A DNA stretch of 64,000 nt from Patescibacteria group bacterium (GCA_041651095.1 JBAZJV010000002.1:43621-107620), one strand, 5' to 3'. Shown: positions 34,845 to 44,182, counted from the first letter of the stretch. A program made the numbers and translations. Notes: generated by a model not told the origin, from the letters alone.

Positions 34845-36749
34845 CTAAAAACTGTTATTGGTGATAATGACCTCTTCCCCTTCCTTCAATTCTTTTTCCT
34901 CGTAGGTTTGGGATTGGCCGGGCGTTTCCGTCGGCCGGAGCGGCGGTTTGAGCTTGATTTCCCGGCCGCGAAAATCCCGCGGCGCAACGCGGTTCAAATC
35001 GCTCAAAGAAATGGTCGGGGTCGCCGGGCTGGCCGGCTGAGCCAATACTGTCCGCCGTTCCTGGTCTTTGGCTTGTTTGCGCGCTTCTAGCTCCAGTTTC
35101 TTTTCTTCCCGCTTTCGGCTCAGGCAGTCACGGCAATAAACCGGCCGGATGCCGTCAGGCTGAAAAACAGTCATGGTTTCCCGGCCGCAACTGCTGCAAA
35201 TCGCCGGATAACCGTTCCTTGCGCCGGCGGCTGGCGCGGTCTTAGGCGCCGGACTAAACGGACGCGGTCTGGGCTGAGAGCTGGCCGCGGGAACGGAATA
35301 ACCAGGCGCGGCCGGACGAGAAGCCGCGGCCGGATAATCAATAGCGGCCGCTGGCTGATTCGCGGCCGGGCGATACCCGGGAGCGGCGGCCGGACGGTTC
35401 TGATCGGCGGCGGGAGCGACTTTCGCCGGTCTGGCCGGCGCGGCCGGCATGGCCTCGCCGGGAGTCAAACCGCCGTTATCATCATGCCAGCTCATTATCT
35501 TCTCTTCCACCGAGGCCCGGTCCGAAGCGTATTTCTCGCGGGAATACTGAATGACTTTTTCGACATTACCGGTCCGTTCCTCTTCCCGAAGCGGCGGCAA
35601 GCCGGCGGCGGAAAACGGCGAAGAAGAAATGCCATCGATCATCAATTTCAGATACATCTCGTATTTCGGCAGATTGACCAGGTCTTCTTCCGTAAAAGTC
35701 GGCGTGAATTCCTTGACCAGTTCTTCCGCGTCGGCGGCGCCGACCCGGAACACGACCATCGTGCCGACGTTGCCGAAGACCGCCGGCTTGACCTTCTCGC
35801 TCAGCTGTTCGATATACTGGTGCGCCAAAATCAGGTTCAAGCGGTATTTGCGAGCCTCTGATAAGATGTTGGCGAAGCTGTCCGTGGAAAAATTCTGGAA
35901 TTCGTCGATATAAAGATAAAAATCCCGACGTTCCTTTTCCGGCACGTCTACCCGGCTCATGGCCGCCAGCTGGATCTTGGTGATCATCATCGCGCCTAAA
36001 AGCGCCGAATTATCCTCGCCGATGCGGCCCTTGGACAAGTTCATGATGATGATTTTGCCGTTGTCCATGATTTCCCGGATGTCAATGGCGGACTTCACCT
36101 GGCCGACGATATTGCGCATCAAGGAATTGGACAGGAACTGACCGACCTTGTTCTGGATAGGCGAGACCGCTTCGGAGGCGAACTTATCGGCATAGCTGGA
36201 AAATTCTTTCTCCCAAAACGCTTTGACGACCGGGTCTTTAATGTTGGAAACTACCCGCTTGCGGTAATTCTTGTCGGAGAGCATACGCACGACGCCCATG
36301 AGCGTGGAGCCGGGAAAATCCAAAATGGCCAGAATAGCGTTACGCAAGATATATTCCAGGCGCGGCCCCCAAGAATCCGCCCACAGCTTCTGGAAAACGC
36401 CGATCAGGCCGGAGGCGACCAGATGCCTGAGATGCGGCTCTACCTGTTCGACGACGTTAAAGGCGATCGGATAATTGATGTCCGAAGGGTTGAAATAAAC
36501 GACATCGTTGATGCGCTCGTTCGGGATGAATTCGATGACTTTTTCTGCCAGGTCGCCGTGCGGATCGACGACGGCCACGCCGTGGCCGGCCCGAATGTCG
36601 TCCACGATCATATTTTCCAGAATAGTGGACTTACCCATGCCAGTTTTGCCAATCAAATACATATGGCGGCGCCGGTCGTCAGTCTTAATACCGAATCTCT
36701 TGGATTCGTTGCGGTAGGTTGTCTGGGCAAAAACCGCGATGTCTTTCAT
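34845..36749 (-). CDS. TraD/VirD4/HerA-like P-loop NTPase with a Pro/Ala-rich linker and a C-terminal CxxC...CxxC zinc ribbon
   Basis: It has GKTGMGKST (Walker A), FYLYIDEFQNF (Walker B) and RKYRLNLILAHQYIEQL. The linker is low-complexity (PAAPARPAKVAPAADQNRPAAAPGYRPAANQPAAA...). It ends with CSSCGRETMTVFQPDGIRPVYCRDC. I start it at the ATG at 36749 (MKDIAVF) to avoid overlap with nrdG. Confidence 0.55.
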   Translation of the reverse strand: MKDIAVFAQTTYRNESKRFGIKTDDRRRHMYLIGKTGMGKSTILENMIVDDIRAGHGVAVVDPHGDLAEKVIEFIPNERINDVVYFNPSDINYPIAFNVVEQVEPHLRHLVASGLIGVFQKLWADSWGPRLEYILRNAILAILDFPGSTLMGVVRMLSDKNYRKRVVSNIKDPVVKAFWEKEFSSYADKFASEAVSPIQNKVGQFLSNSLMRNIVGQVKSAIDIREIMDNGKIIIMNLSKGRIGEDNSALLGAMMITKIQLAAMSRVDVPEKERRDFYLYIDEFQNFSTDSFANILSEARKYRLNLILAHQYIEQLSEKVKPAVFGNVGTMVVFRVGAADAEELVKEFTPTFTEEDLVNLPKYEMYLKLMIDGISSSPFSAAGLPPLREEERTGNVEKVIQYSREKYASDRASVEEKIMSWHDDNGGLTPGEAMPAAPARPAKVAPAADQNRPAAAPGYRPAANQPAAAIDYPAAASRPAAPGYSVPAASSQPRPRPFSPAPKTAPAAGARNGYPAICSSCGRETMTVFQPDGIRPVYCRDCLSRKREEKKLELEARKQAKDQERRTVLAQPASPATPTISLSDLNRVAPRDFRGREIKLKPPLRPTETPGQSQTYEEKELKEGEEVIITNNSF

Positions 36750-36759
36750 AAAAAAACGC

Positions 36760-37482
36760 TTAACCGCGGACCTCGCATAATTGGACATAGCCGCGGCCAA
36801 TAGCCGCGAATTCAGCCATCTCCCTGCTGGTATACGCTTGGCGGGCCTGATATTTCCGGTCCACCAGATCGGTATCGGACTTGAAATTCTGCAAATACCA
36901 CTTCTTGGCGCGCTTGATCATCTTTCCCATCTTGGCAAAATCTTCCTTCGCCAAGAGGCTGGGCACGACCGTGGTCCGAAATTCATAAGGCAGGCCGCTG
37001 GACATTATGATTTTAACACTTTTTTGCAAATTTTCCCAGTTAACCGGCACGCCGACGACAGCCTCGTATTTATCCGCCGGCGCCTTCAGGTCCATAGCGA
37101 CATAATCAATCAGACGGTCAGCGATAAGCTGCCGCAACATTCGCGGATTAGTGCCGTTAGTATCCAGCTTGACGAGATAGCCGATGTCCTTGATCTGCCT
37201 GATGAAATCCGGCAGATCCGGATGCAGGGTCGGCTCGCCGCCGGTAATGACTACTCCTTCCAAACGGCCGAAGCGTTCCGCTAAAAAAAGAAAAAGGTTC
37301 TGCGGGGAAAGCGGGGAAAAACCTTTTTCTTTTTTATTTTCGTCCTTTCCCTGACGGGGCAGGACAAGCAAGGGGTTATAGCAGAAGTGGCATCGGAAGT
37401 TGCAACCTTGGGTAAAGATGATGGCCGCTAGGTGGTCGGGGTAGTCTAGAAGAGTTAGCTTCTCTAAACCACCGATAATCAT
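36760..37482 (-). CDS. nrdG: Anaerobic ribonucleoside-triphosphate reductase activating protein (radical SAM)
   Basis: 240 aa with GCNFRCHFCYNP (CxxxCxxC) and GVVITGGEP, directly downstream of nrdD. Confidence 0.85.
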   Translation of the reverse strand: MIIGGLEKLTLLDYPDHLAAIIFTQGCNFRCHFCYNPLLVLPRQGKDENKKEKGFSPLSPQNLFLFLAERFGRLEGVVITGGEPTLHPDLPDFIRQIKDIGYLVKLDTNGTNPRMLRQLIADRLIDYVAMDLKAPADKYEAVVGVPVNWENLQKSVKIIMSSGLPYEFRTTVVPSLLAKEDFAKMGKMIKRAKKWYLQNFKSDTDLVDRKYQARQAYTSREMAEFAAIGRGYVQLCEVRG

Positions 37483-37496
37483 AAAATTAACTGCGC

Positions 37497-37634
37497 TTAG
37501 TTGTTAGACTGGTAAGTCTTGCGATCGACGTATTCGCTTTGCTTGCCGAGATTCCAGTTCTTGGTCGGCGTCAGCCAGCCGACGACGCGGCTGTAGACCA
37601 GGCATTCCTGCCGTGAAGTCTTGATCGGGCTCAT
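37497..37634 (-). CDS. 45-aa ORF carrying the NrdD C-terminal glycyl-radical motif, separate from the nrdD body
   Basis: MSPIKTSRQECLVYSRVVGWLTPTKNWNLGKQSEYVDRKTYQSNN contains the class III RNR glycyl-radical loop pattern R-[VI]-x-G-[YW] followed by W-N-x-G-K-x-x-E. It lies 38 nt after the nrdD stop, in a different frame, and 14 nt before nrdG. Confidence 0.6.
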   Translation of the reverse strand: MSPIKTSRQECLVYSRVVGWLTPTKNWNLGKQSEYVDRKTYQSNN

Positions 37635-37672
37635 ATTTTTACATTATAAATAATAAACGATTAAATTACAAA

Positions 37673-39751
37673 TTAACTGGCCGCTTGGCCGTCTGCCGCG
37701 GTTTGGCCGGCGTGGCTGGCCTCCGGCACTTCTTCGTGATAGCCGATTTCCTCGTCGCATTTCGGGCAATACTTATGCTCGCCAGACAGATAGCCGTGCT
37801 TGGGACAGACGGAAAAAGTCGGAGTAATCGTGAAATAAGGCAAGCGGTAATTCTCGACGATCTTCTTGACCAGCTTCTTGGCCGTCTCGCCGTCCGGCAA
37901 GCGTTCGCCGATAAAGCCATGCAAAACCGTACCGCCGGTATACTTGATTTGCAGATCGTCCTGCAAATCCAGGGCTGTAAAAATATCGTCGGTGAAACTG
38001 ACGTGCAGATGAGTGGAGTTGGTATAATACGGCGGGACGCCCTGCCCTTGGACCGCTTCAGCATTAGCACAGATGATGCCGGGATACATCTCCTGGTCTT
38101 TCTTGGCAAAACGGTAGGTCGTCCCTTCCGCCGGCGTAGCTTCCAGATTGTACAGGCTATTGGTCTCGTTTTGGAAATCCATCAGCTTCTCCCGCATAAA
38201 ATCCAAGATTTCCGCCGCGAAGGCCCGGCCTTCCGGCGTAGCCAGATCCTTGCCCATCAGGTTAAGCGCCGCTTCGTTCATGCCGTTGATGCCGATGGTG
38301 GAGAAATGATTCTTCCAATATGACCCGAAGCGCTCCTTGATGTCGCTTAAATAGAACATCGAATAAGGATACAGCCGGTCGTTGGTAAATTTCTCGATGA
38401 CCTTACGCTTGATTTCCAAGCTTTCCTTGGCCAGCTCCATCAATTTCAGCAGGCGCGCCTTGAATTCTTCCTTGGTCTTGGACAGGTAACCCAGGCGCGG
38501 CAGGTTAATGGTGACCACGCCGATGGAGCCGGTCAGCGGATTGGCGCCGAACAGGCCGCCGCCGCGCTTGCGGAGTTCCCGGTTATCCAGACGCAAGCGA
38601 CAGCACATGGACCGGGCGTCATCGCGCTTCATATCCGAATTAACGAAATTGGAAAAATAGGGGATCCCGTATTTAGCCGTCATTTCCCAGGCCGGCTTCA
38701 ACGATTCTCGGTCCCAATCGAAATCCTTGTCGATGCAATAGGTCGGAATCGGAAAACCGAAGACTCGGCCGGTAGAATCGCCCTGGATCATCACTTCCGC
38801 GAAAGCCTGGTTGAAGATATCCATTTCCGCCTGGAAATCCTTGTATTTTTGCGATTTGATCTCGCCGCCGATAACCACATTCTCTTCGCCGATCATCGGG
38901 GACGGGGTCACATCCAAGGTTACGTTGGTAAACGGGGTCTGGAAGCCGACGCGCGTCGGCACGTTGATATTGAACATGAATTCCTGCAGGCCCTGTTTGA
39001 CCTCCTTATAGCTTAGCTTGTCATAACGGATGAATGGCGCCAGATAAGTATCAAAGTTGGCGAAGGCCTGGGCGCCGGCCGCTTCGCCCTGCATGGTATA
39101 GAAGAAATTGATAATCTGCCCTAAGGCGCTGCGGAAATGCTTAGGCGGACTGCTTTGCACTTTCTCGTTGACGCCCCTAAAACCGCGCAGCAAGAGGTCC
39201 TTCAGGTCCCAGCCGCAACAATACGGAGCGAGCAGGCCGAGATCATGGATATGAAAATCGCCGTCGACATGGGCCTGGCGGATATTTTCCGGATACATCT
39301 TATTCAGCCAGTAGCGGGCGGATATAGAGGAGGCGATATAATTGTTCAAGCCCTGGACTGAAAAACTCATGTTGCTGTTCTCTTTCAAGCGCCAATCCGC
39401 GCGGCCCAAATAATCTTCCATCAGCTTATTGTCCGAAGTGGCGGCGCCGATGTCGCGCAGCTGGCGATGCTGGTCGCGGTAGAGGATATAAGCCTTGGCG
39501 ACCTTGATCAGCTTGTTGTTAATCAAGACCTCTTCCACGATATCCTGGATCTCTTCGACGGCCGGAATGCTGCTCTTATGAAATTTCTGATTGACCTGCA
39601 TAACCACCTGATCGGTCAGCTTCTTGGCCAGATGATGGTCGTCAAGACCGGCCGCCGTGCCGGCCTTGTAAATGGCTTGGGTAATCTTGGCTTGATTGAA
39701 GTCGACGATTTCGCCGGAACGTTTAATCACTTTGCTGATAGTCTCGGGCAT
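37673..39751 (-). CDS. nrdD: Anaerobic ribonucleoside-triphosphate reductase (class III), large body lacking the glycyl-radical tail
   Basis: 692 aa with an N-terminal ATP-cone (VIKRSGEIVDFNQAKITQAIYKA) and CCRLRLD. The C-terminal Zn site reads CPKHGYLSGEHKYCPKC. The ORF then ends in a low-complexity tail (EEVPEASHAGQTAADGQAAS) without an RVxGY motif. Confidence 0.85.
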   Translation of the reverse strand: MPETISKVIKRSGEIVDFNQAKITQAIYKAGTAAGLDDHHLAKKLTDQVVMQVNQKFHKSSIPAVEEIQDIVEEVLINNKLIKVAKAYILYRDQHRQLRDIGAATSDNKLMEDYLGRADWRLKENSNMSFSVQGLNNYIASSISARYWLNKMYPENIRQAHVDGDFHIHDLGLLAPYCCGWDLKDLLLRGFRGVNEKVQSSPPKHFRSALGQIINFFYTMQGEAAGAQAFANFDTYLAPFIRYDKLSYKEVKQGLQEFMFNINVPTRVGFQTPFTNVTLDVTPSPMIGEENVVIGGEIKSQKYKDFQAEMDIFNQAFAEVMIQGDSTGRVFGFPIPTYCIDKDFDWDRESLKPAWEMTAKYGIPYFSNFVNSDMKRDDARSMCCRLRLDNRELRKRGGGLFGANPLTGSIGVVTINLPRLGYLSKTKEEFKARLLKLMELAKESLEIKRKVIEKFTNDRLYPYSMFYLSDIKERFGSYWKNHFSTIGINGMNEAALNLMGKDLATPEGRAFAAEILDFMREKLMDFQNETNSLYNLEATPAEGTTYRFAKKDQEMYPGIICANAEAVQGQGVPPYYTNSTHLHVSFTDDIFTALDLQDDLQIKYTGGTVLHGFIGERLPDGETAKKLVKKIVENYRLPYFTITPTFSVCPKHGYLSGEHKYCPKCDEEIGYHEEVPEASHAGQTAADGQAAS

Positions 39752-39752
39752 A

Positions 39753-40211
39753 TCACTTTTTCTCGTTAATTAATTTATTTAATTCCTTGCGGAACTCATG
39801 AGCATCCTTGAAGGATTCATAAACCGAGGCATAACGGATGTAAGCGACCGGGTCGATTTTTTTCAGGTTTTTCATGACCATCTGGCCGATCTGCCGGGAG
39901 GTGATCTCCGTGCTTTTCAGGCGCTGCAGGTCGCGCTCTATGGAATGGATCAATTTCTTAAAGCGGTCTTCGGTAATCGGCCGTTTTTCACAAGACTTCT
40001 TCAGTCCGTTCACCATCTTATCCCGGCTGTAAGATTCGCGCCGGCCGTCGCGCTTGACGATGACCAGATCCAGAAGCTCAATTTCCTCATAAGTCGAAAA
40101 ACGGAAAGCGCATTTCAAACATTCGCGCCGACGACGGATCGAGAGTCCGTCCGGCGCGACGCGGGAGTCAACCACCTTAGTGTCCGGGAAATAACAGATG
40201 GGACATTTCAT
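39753..40211 (-). CDS. nrdR: Transcriptional repressor NrdR
   Basis: 152 aa with an MKCPICYFPDTKVVDSR...ECLKCAFRFSTYE zinc ribbon plus an ATP-cone. Confidence 0.9.
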   Translation of the reverse strand: MKCPICYFPDTKVVDSRVAPDGLSIRRRRECLKCAFRFSTYEEIELLDLVIVKRDGRRESYSRDKMVNGLKKSCEKRPITEDRFKKLIHSIERDLQRLKSTEITSRQIGQMVMKNLKKIDPVAYIRYASVYESFKDAHEFRKELNKLINEKK

Positions 40212-40218
40212 AGAGAAA

Positions 40219-40234
40219 ACCCTATATTTTGTGG
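40219..40234. promoter_or_regulatory. NrdR box 1
   Basis: ACCCTATATTTTGTGG compared with the palindromic consensus acaCwAnATnTwGtgt. It lies 8 nt upstream of the nrdR start. Confidence 0.6.
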
Positions 40235-40250
40235 CATTTTAAATATTTGG

Positions 40251-40266
40251 CCACTAAATGTTGTAT
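40251..40266. promoter_or_regulatory. NrdR box 2
   Basis: CCACTAAATGTTGTAT. Its centre is 32 bp from box 1, about three helical turns, which is the typical tandem NrdR-box spacing. Confidence 0.5.
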
Positions 40267-40519
40267 TACACTTATATTCTATCAAATTTTTATCTTAGGG
40301 TCAATTTAGCTAATCTTAATACAAATATAAATTTTTTAAGTAGTTATCCACAGAAATTTATCAAAAGCTGATTATAGCCATTGCCCGCCGATCTTGAAAA
40401 GTCAAGGCAGCATAAACATACATTGACAAAAACACCTATTATAATTAATATGATGAAATATAAGTTCGTTTAAAAACAGTAAAAACCCAACATAAACAAC
40501 AATTAAATCAGGAGATGCA

Positions 40520-41557
40520 ATGGAAAAATTCACTTTTCTTCGCCCCGATGATTTTCATGCTCATTTACGGGATGGGGATATGCTAAAGAGGGTCCTTCCC
40601 TACAGTAACATTTTTGGTAAAGTCCTGGTTATGGGAAACTTGTCGCAACCTATCGTGACCGATCGCGATCTGGTGGATTATTGGCATCAGATCAGGGCCT
40701 TAGAACCGGCATTCAACCCCCTCATGACCGTGATGCTAACCAAAAAAACCAGCAACCAGGTTATCCAGGCAGCGAGCCAAGCCGGAGCGGCTGCCCTGAA
40801 GATGATTCCCGGCGGTACTTCCACCGGATCCAGCCAGGGAGTAGCCTTATCGGACCTGCGCGACTACTACCATATATTACAAGAGGCGGCGCGCTGCAAG
40901 CTGGTGTTCTCCGGACACTGGGAACTGATGGCTGAGCCTGACACGGGCGACGAAATCCCTGAAGCTCAGCGGGAAATACGAGCAATCCCTTATTTGATTG
41001 ACGTCATCAGAAATTGTCCAAAACTGAAAATCGTCGTGGAACACGTTTCCACGGCGGCCATGATCAAGGTCGTCGAGGACGCGCCTGACAATGTCGCGGC
41101 AACAATAACCGGACATCACCTGGGGCCATATCATCTAGGTGAAGTTATTAAGGATGGCACGGTCGTGAATCCGCTGCTTTATTGCAAACCGGTTTTAAAA
41201 ACCATTAACGACATCAAGGCAGTCCGCCGCGCGGCGACGAGCGGCAATCCGAAATTCTTCTTCGGTTCGGATTCCGCACCGCACTCCCTGGAGAAAAAAA
41301 TGGCTTTGCCGCCCGCGGCCGGCATCTTCTCGGCGCCTACCGTCATCTCTCACGTCTTCTCCGTATTCTACGAGGAGGGATGCGAGCAGCGCTTTGAAAA
41401 CTTCACCGCCAAATTCGGGACGGAATTCTATAATTTTCCAGCTAATCGGGATAAGATAGTCATCGAGAAGCGACCCTGGATCGTACCGAAAGATTATGAT
41501 GGCGTCGTCCCCTTCCTGGCCGGCCAAGAACTGTCTTGGCAAGTCGCAAGACTTTAA
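40520..41557 (+). CDS. pyrC: Dihydroorotase, class II (E. coli PyrC type)
   Basis: 345 aa. RPDDFHAHLRDGDMLKRVLPY closely parallels the E. coli PyrC N-terminus. It also has VEHVST and FGSDSAPH. An AGGAGA Shine-Dalgarno sequence lies 4 nt before the ATG. Confidence 0.85.
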   Translation: MEKFTFLRPDDFHAHLRDGDMLKRVLPYSNIFGKVLVMGNLSQPIVTDRDLVDYWHQIRALEPAFNPLMTVMLTKKTSNQVIQAASQAGAAALKMIPGGTSTGSSQGVALSDLRDYYHILQEAARCKLVFSGHWELMAEPDTGDEIPEAQREIRAIPYLIDVIRNCPKLKIVVEHVSTAAMIKVVEDAPDNVAATITGHHLGPYHLGEVIKDGTVVNPLLYCKPVLKTINDIKAVRRAATSGNPKFFFGSDSAPHSLEKKMALPPAAGIFSAPTVISHVFSVFYEEGCEQRFENFTAKFGTEFYNFPANRDKIVIEKRPWIVPKDYDGVVPFLAGQELSWQVARL

Positions 41558-41567
41558 GAAACACAAC

Positions 41568-41600
41568 AAAAAAGGTTAGATCGATTCTAACCTTTTTTTA
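41568..41600. terminator. Bidirectional rho-independent terminator (pyrC / ftsZ)
   Basis: aaaaaaggttaga-tcgat-tctaaccttttttt, with A/T runs on both sides. Confidence 0.75.
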
Positions 41601-41623
41601 TTTATCCTAATTGTGGTGATATT

Positions 41624-42817
41624 CTATCCCATCTTCTTCCTAATGAAAGCCGGCACGCTCAAATCGTCGTCGTCTTCTTTAGGCAAGGCTTTTTCCGCCT
41701 TCTTTTCCAGAGCCGGCTTGACCGGGATATTCTTGAAGACGGAAGAGAATTTGCCTTTGCTCTTATCCGTCAGGCCGGCCGCCAGCTCTTTCTCGTTCTC
41801 TTTCTCCACGATAAAGGCGTTGGGGGTATAGGATTTGGTCAATTCGTTCTTCTGGCTCTTACCGTGCCCGTCGAACCCGGTCGCCACCACGGTAATCTTG
41901 ATCTGGTCTTTCATCTTTTCGTCGACGACCGCGCCGAAAATGATCTTGGCGTCGTCATCAGCCGCGGAAGTGATCACCTTGGCCGCTTCGGACACTTCGG
42001 TCATACTCAAATCCGGACCGCCGGTGATGGTGAAGACGATGCCGCGGGCGCCGTCAATGGACATATCCAGCAGATTGGAATTGATCGCGTCCTTGGCCGC
42101 TTCCACGGCCTTGTTCTCGCCGGTCGCCTGGCCGATGCCCATGAGCGCCGAACCGGCATTGGACATCACCGCCTTGACGTCGGCGAAATCGGCGTTGATG
42201 ATGCCCGGAACCGTGATGATTTCCGCGATGCCCTGGACGCCCTGGCGCAAAACGTCATCGGCGATCTTGAAGGCGTCCAGCAAAGAGGTGCGCTTATCGA
42301 TGACTTGCAACAATTTATCGTTGGAAATGGTGATGATGGTGTCGACCTTGTCCGCTAATTCGGAAAAAGCGCGGTCGGCGATGTTCTTGCGCTGGCCGCC
42401 TTCGAACATGAACGGCTTGGTCACCACCGCGACCGTGAGCGCGCCTAAATCCTTGGCGATCTGCGCCACGATCGGCGAAGCGCCGGAACCGGTGCCGCCG
42501 CCCAGGCCGCAGGTCACGAACACCATGTCGCAATCTTTCAGGGCCTCCCGGATTTCATTCTGCGATTCTTCGGCCGCGCCCTTGCCCAGATCCGGGTTCA
42601 TGCCGGCGCCCAAACCTCTGGTCACGGTCTTGCCGATATGGATCTTTTCCGTCGCCTTATTATAATGCAGGGCCTGGACATCGGTATTTATCGCCACGAA
42701 GCCGACGCCTTTGATGCCGCTGGAAACCATCCGGTTTATCGCGCTGCCGCCGCCGCCGCCGACGCCGACGACTTTTATCTTCGCAAAAGTTTCAATTTCC
42801 GGTTTTACTTCCGCCAT
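41624..42817 (-). CDS. ftsZ: Cell division protein FtsZ
   Basis: 397 aa with GVGGGGGSAINRM and GLGGGTGSGASP (tubulin signature). The C-terminal peptide is DDLSVPAFIRKK. Confidence 0.95.
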   Translation of the reverse strand: MAEVKPEIETFAKIKVVGVGGGGGSAINRMVSSGIKGVGFVAINTDVQALHYNKATEKIHIGKTVTRGLGAGMNPDLGKGAAEESQNEIREALKDCDMVFVTCGLGGGTGSGASPIVAQIAKDLGALTVAVVTKPFMFEGGQRKNIADRAFSELADKVDTIITISNDKLLQVIDKRTSLLDAFKIADDVLRQGVQGIAEIITVPGIINADFADVKAVMSNAGSALMGIGQATGENKAVEAAKDAINSNLLDMSIDGARGIVFTITGGPDLSMTEVSEAAKVITSAADDDAKIIFGAVVDEKMKDQIKITVVATGFDGHGKSQKNELTKSYTPNAFIVEKENEKELAAGLTDKSKGKFSSVFKNIPVKPALEKKAEKALPKEDDDDLSVPAFIRKKMG

Positions 42818-42838
42818 AAAATTAGCTTAGTTAAATTT

Positions 42839-44098
42839 TTATTTGGGCATGATCTTGTTCCACAAGCCCTTGGTCTTTTCCAATAGACCGCTCAGATTCC
42901 GTTTAAAATTATTATCACTCAAGCCTTCGCCGTCCGTATGGCTGCCCCAGATAACCAGGCCGAGCGCGGTCAGGAATTCCGGATTGCGCACCTTATCGAT
43001 GACGACGTTGATATTCTTGGCGGCGCCCAGCGCCGCGGGCAGGCGTAATTTCTGCTTGGCCGCTTCAACCAGGCCGTCCAGTTCCGCCCCGCCGCCGACG
43101 AAAATGACGCCGGCCGGCAGCATGCCGGAGCGATCTATCCGCTTGAATTCGTTGTCAACCCTCTCGAAAATCTCTTCTACGCGGGCACTGATAATCTCGG
43201 CTAAATATTTACGCGAAATAGTACTGATATCATCATTGACTTCCTCTTCCTTGACCAATTGGCTCACGTCGACTTCATCTTTCTTATCGACTTCTTCCGC
43301 CGACGCCGTGCCGTATTCGCACTTGATCCGTTCCGCCAGGTTTATGGGGCAACGCAAGCCGATGGCAATATCGGAAGTGATATGTTCCGCGCCGATGGGT
43401 AAAATAGCGGTGTGAATCAAGTTCCGCTCTTCATAAACCGCCAAAGAAGTCGTAGCCGAACCAAGGTTGATGAGCGCCACGCCGAGCTCTTTCTGCTTGG
43501 CGCTCAATACTGCTTCGGCGGCGGCCAGAGGAGCGATGACCAGGTCTTCGATTTCCAGGCCGGTCCGATAAATCGCTTTGGTCAGATTCTTGATCTGCGT
43601 GCTCAGTCCCTGGACGATCAGGGTTTCCACTTCCAGCCGGATGCCGTTCATGCCGATGGGGTCCTTGACGTCGCCCTGGTTATCGACGCTGAATTTTATC
43701 GGGATCACGTGCAGGATTTCATAATTGACCGGCACGGCCAGGGCGCGCGCCGCTTCAATGGCCCGGTTCACGTCGTTCTCGCCGATTTCACCGTCGCTCC
43801 GGCCGACCGCCACGACCCCTTTGGAACGCTCACACTTGATATAGGGATCATTGATGCTCACCCAGACCCGGGTAATCGGCACGCCGACCAGCCGCTCCGC
43901 TTTTTCCAGGACGGCCGAAATGGACGAGGTGGTTTCCTCGATGCTGTTCACTACCCCGCGGCTGACGCCGGCCGTCGGGCCGGATACCGCGCCGATAATC
44001 TGCAATTCTTCCCCGGCCGGGCCGGTAATCCGCTGGCCGATGACCAGACGAATGGAAGTCGAACCGATGTCCAAGCCGGCAGTAACGTTATCCTTCAT
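42839..44098 (-). CDS. ftsA: Cell division protein FtsA
   Basis: 419 aa with an actin-like ATPase fold (GLDIGSTSIRLVIG, INLGSATTSLAVY, VFVGGGAELDGL), directly upstream of ftsZ. Confidence 0.9.
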   Translation of the reverse strand: MKDNVTAGLDIGSTSIRLVIGQRITGPAGEELQIIGAVSGPTAGVSRGVVNSIEETTSSISAVLEKAERLVGVPITRVWVSINDPYIKCERSKGVVAVGRSDGEIGENDVNRAIEAARALAVPVNYEILHVIPIKFSVDNQGDVKDPIGMNGIRLEVETLIVQGLSTQIKNLTKAIYRTGLEIEDLVIAPLAAAEAVLSAKQKELGVALINLGSATTSLAVYEERNLIHTAILPIGAEHITSDIAIGLRCPINLAERIKCEYGTASAEEVDKKDEVDVSQLVKEEEVNDDISTISRKYLAEIISARVEEIFERVDNEFKRIDRSGMLPAGVIFVGGGAELDGLVEAAKQKLRLPAALGAAKNINVVIDKVRNPEFLTALGLVIWGSHTDGEGLSDNNFKRNLSGLLEKTKGLWNKIMPK

Positions 44099-44182
44099 AA
44101 ACGTGATTTAGATTAGAAATAATTGCTGTTAATATTATACAAAATTTAAAAAAATTAAACAATTCCCGGCGACCGGGAAAAA

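Noticed and set aside
37635-37672. An intron or intein explanation for the nrdD interruption.
   Set aside because: The spacer is only 38 nt, which is far too short for a group I/II intron. The two ORFs are in different frames with a stop codon between them, which excludes an intein. Frameshift/pseudogene or a genuine split remain the options.
40452-40475. A tiny upstream ORF (MMKYKFV) in the pyrC leader as a possible attenuation peptide.
   Set aside because: It is only 7 codons in an AT-rich region, where such ORFs arise by chance. I saw no terminator/antiterminator pair or PyrR-binding hairpin.
44163-44179. A hairpin (ttcccgg-cga-ccgggaa) between pilD and ftsA as a terminator.
   Set aside because: On the minus strand the stem is not directly followed by a T-run (it reads attgtttaattttttt). 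It may be a weak terminator or have no function, so it is not listed as a feature.
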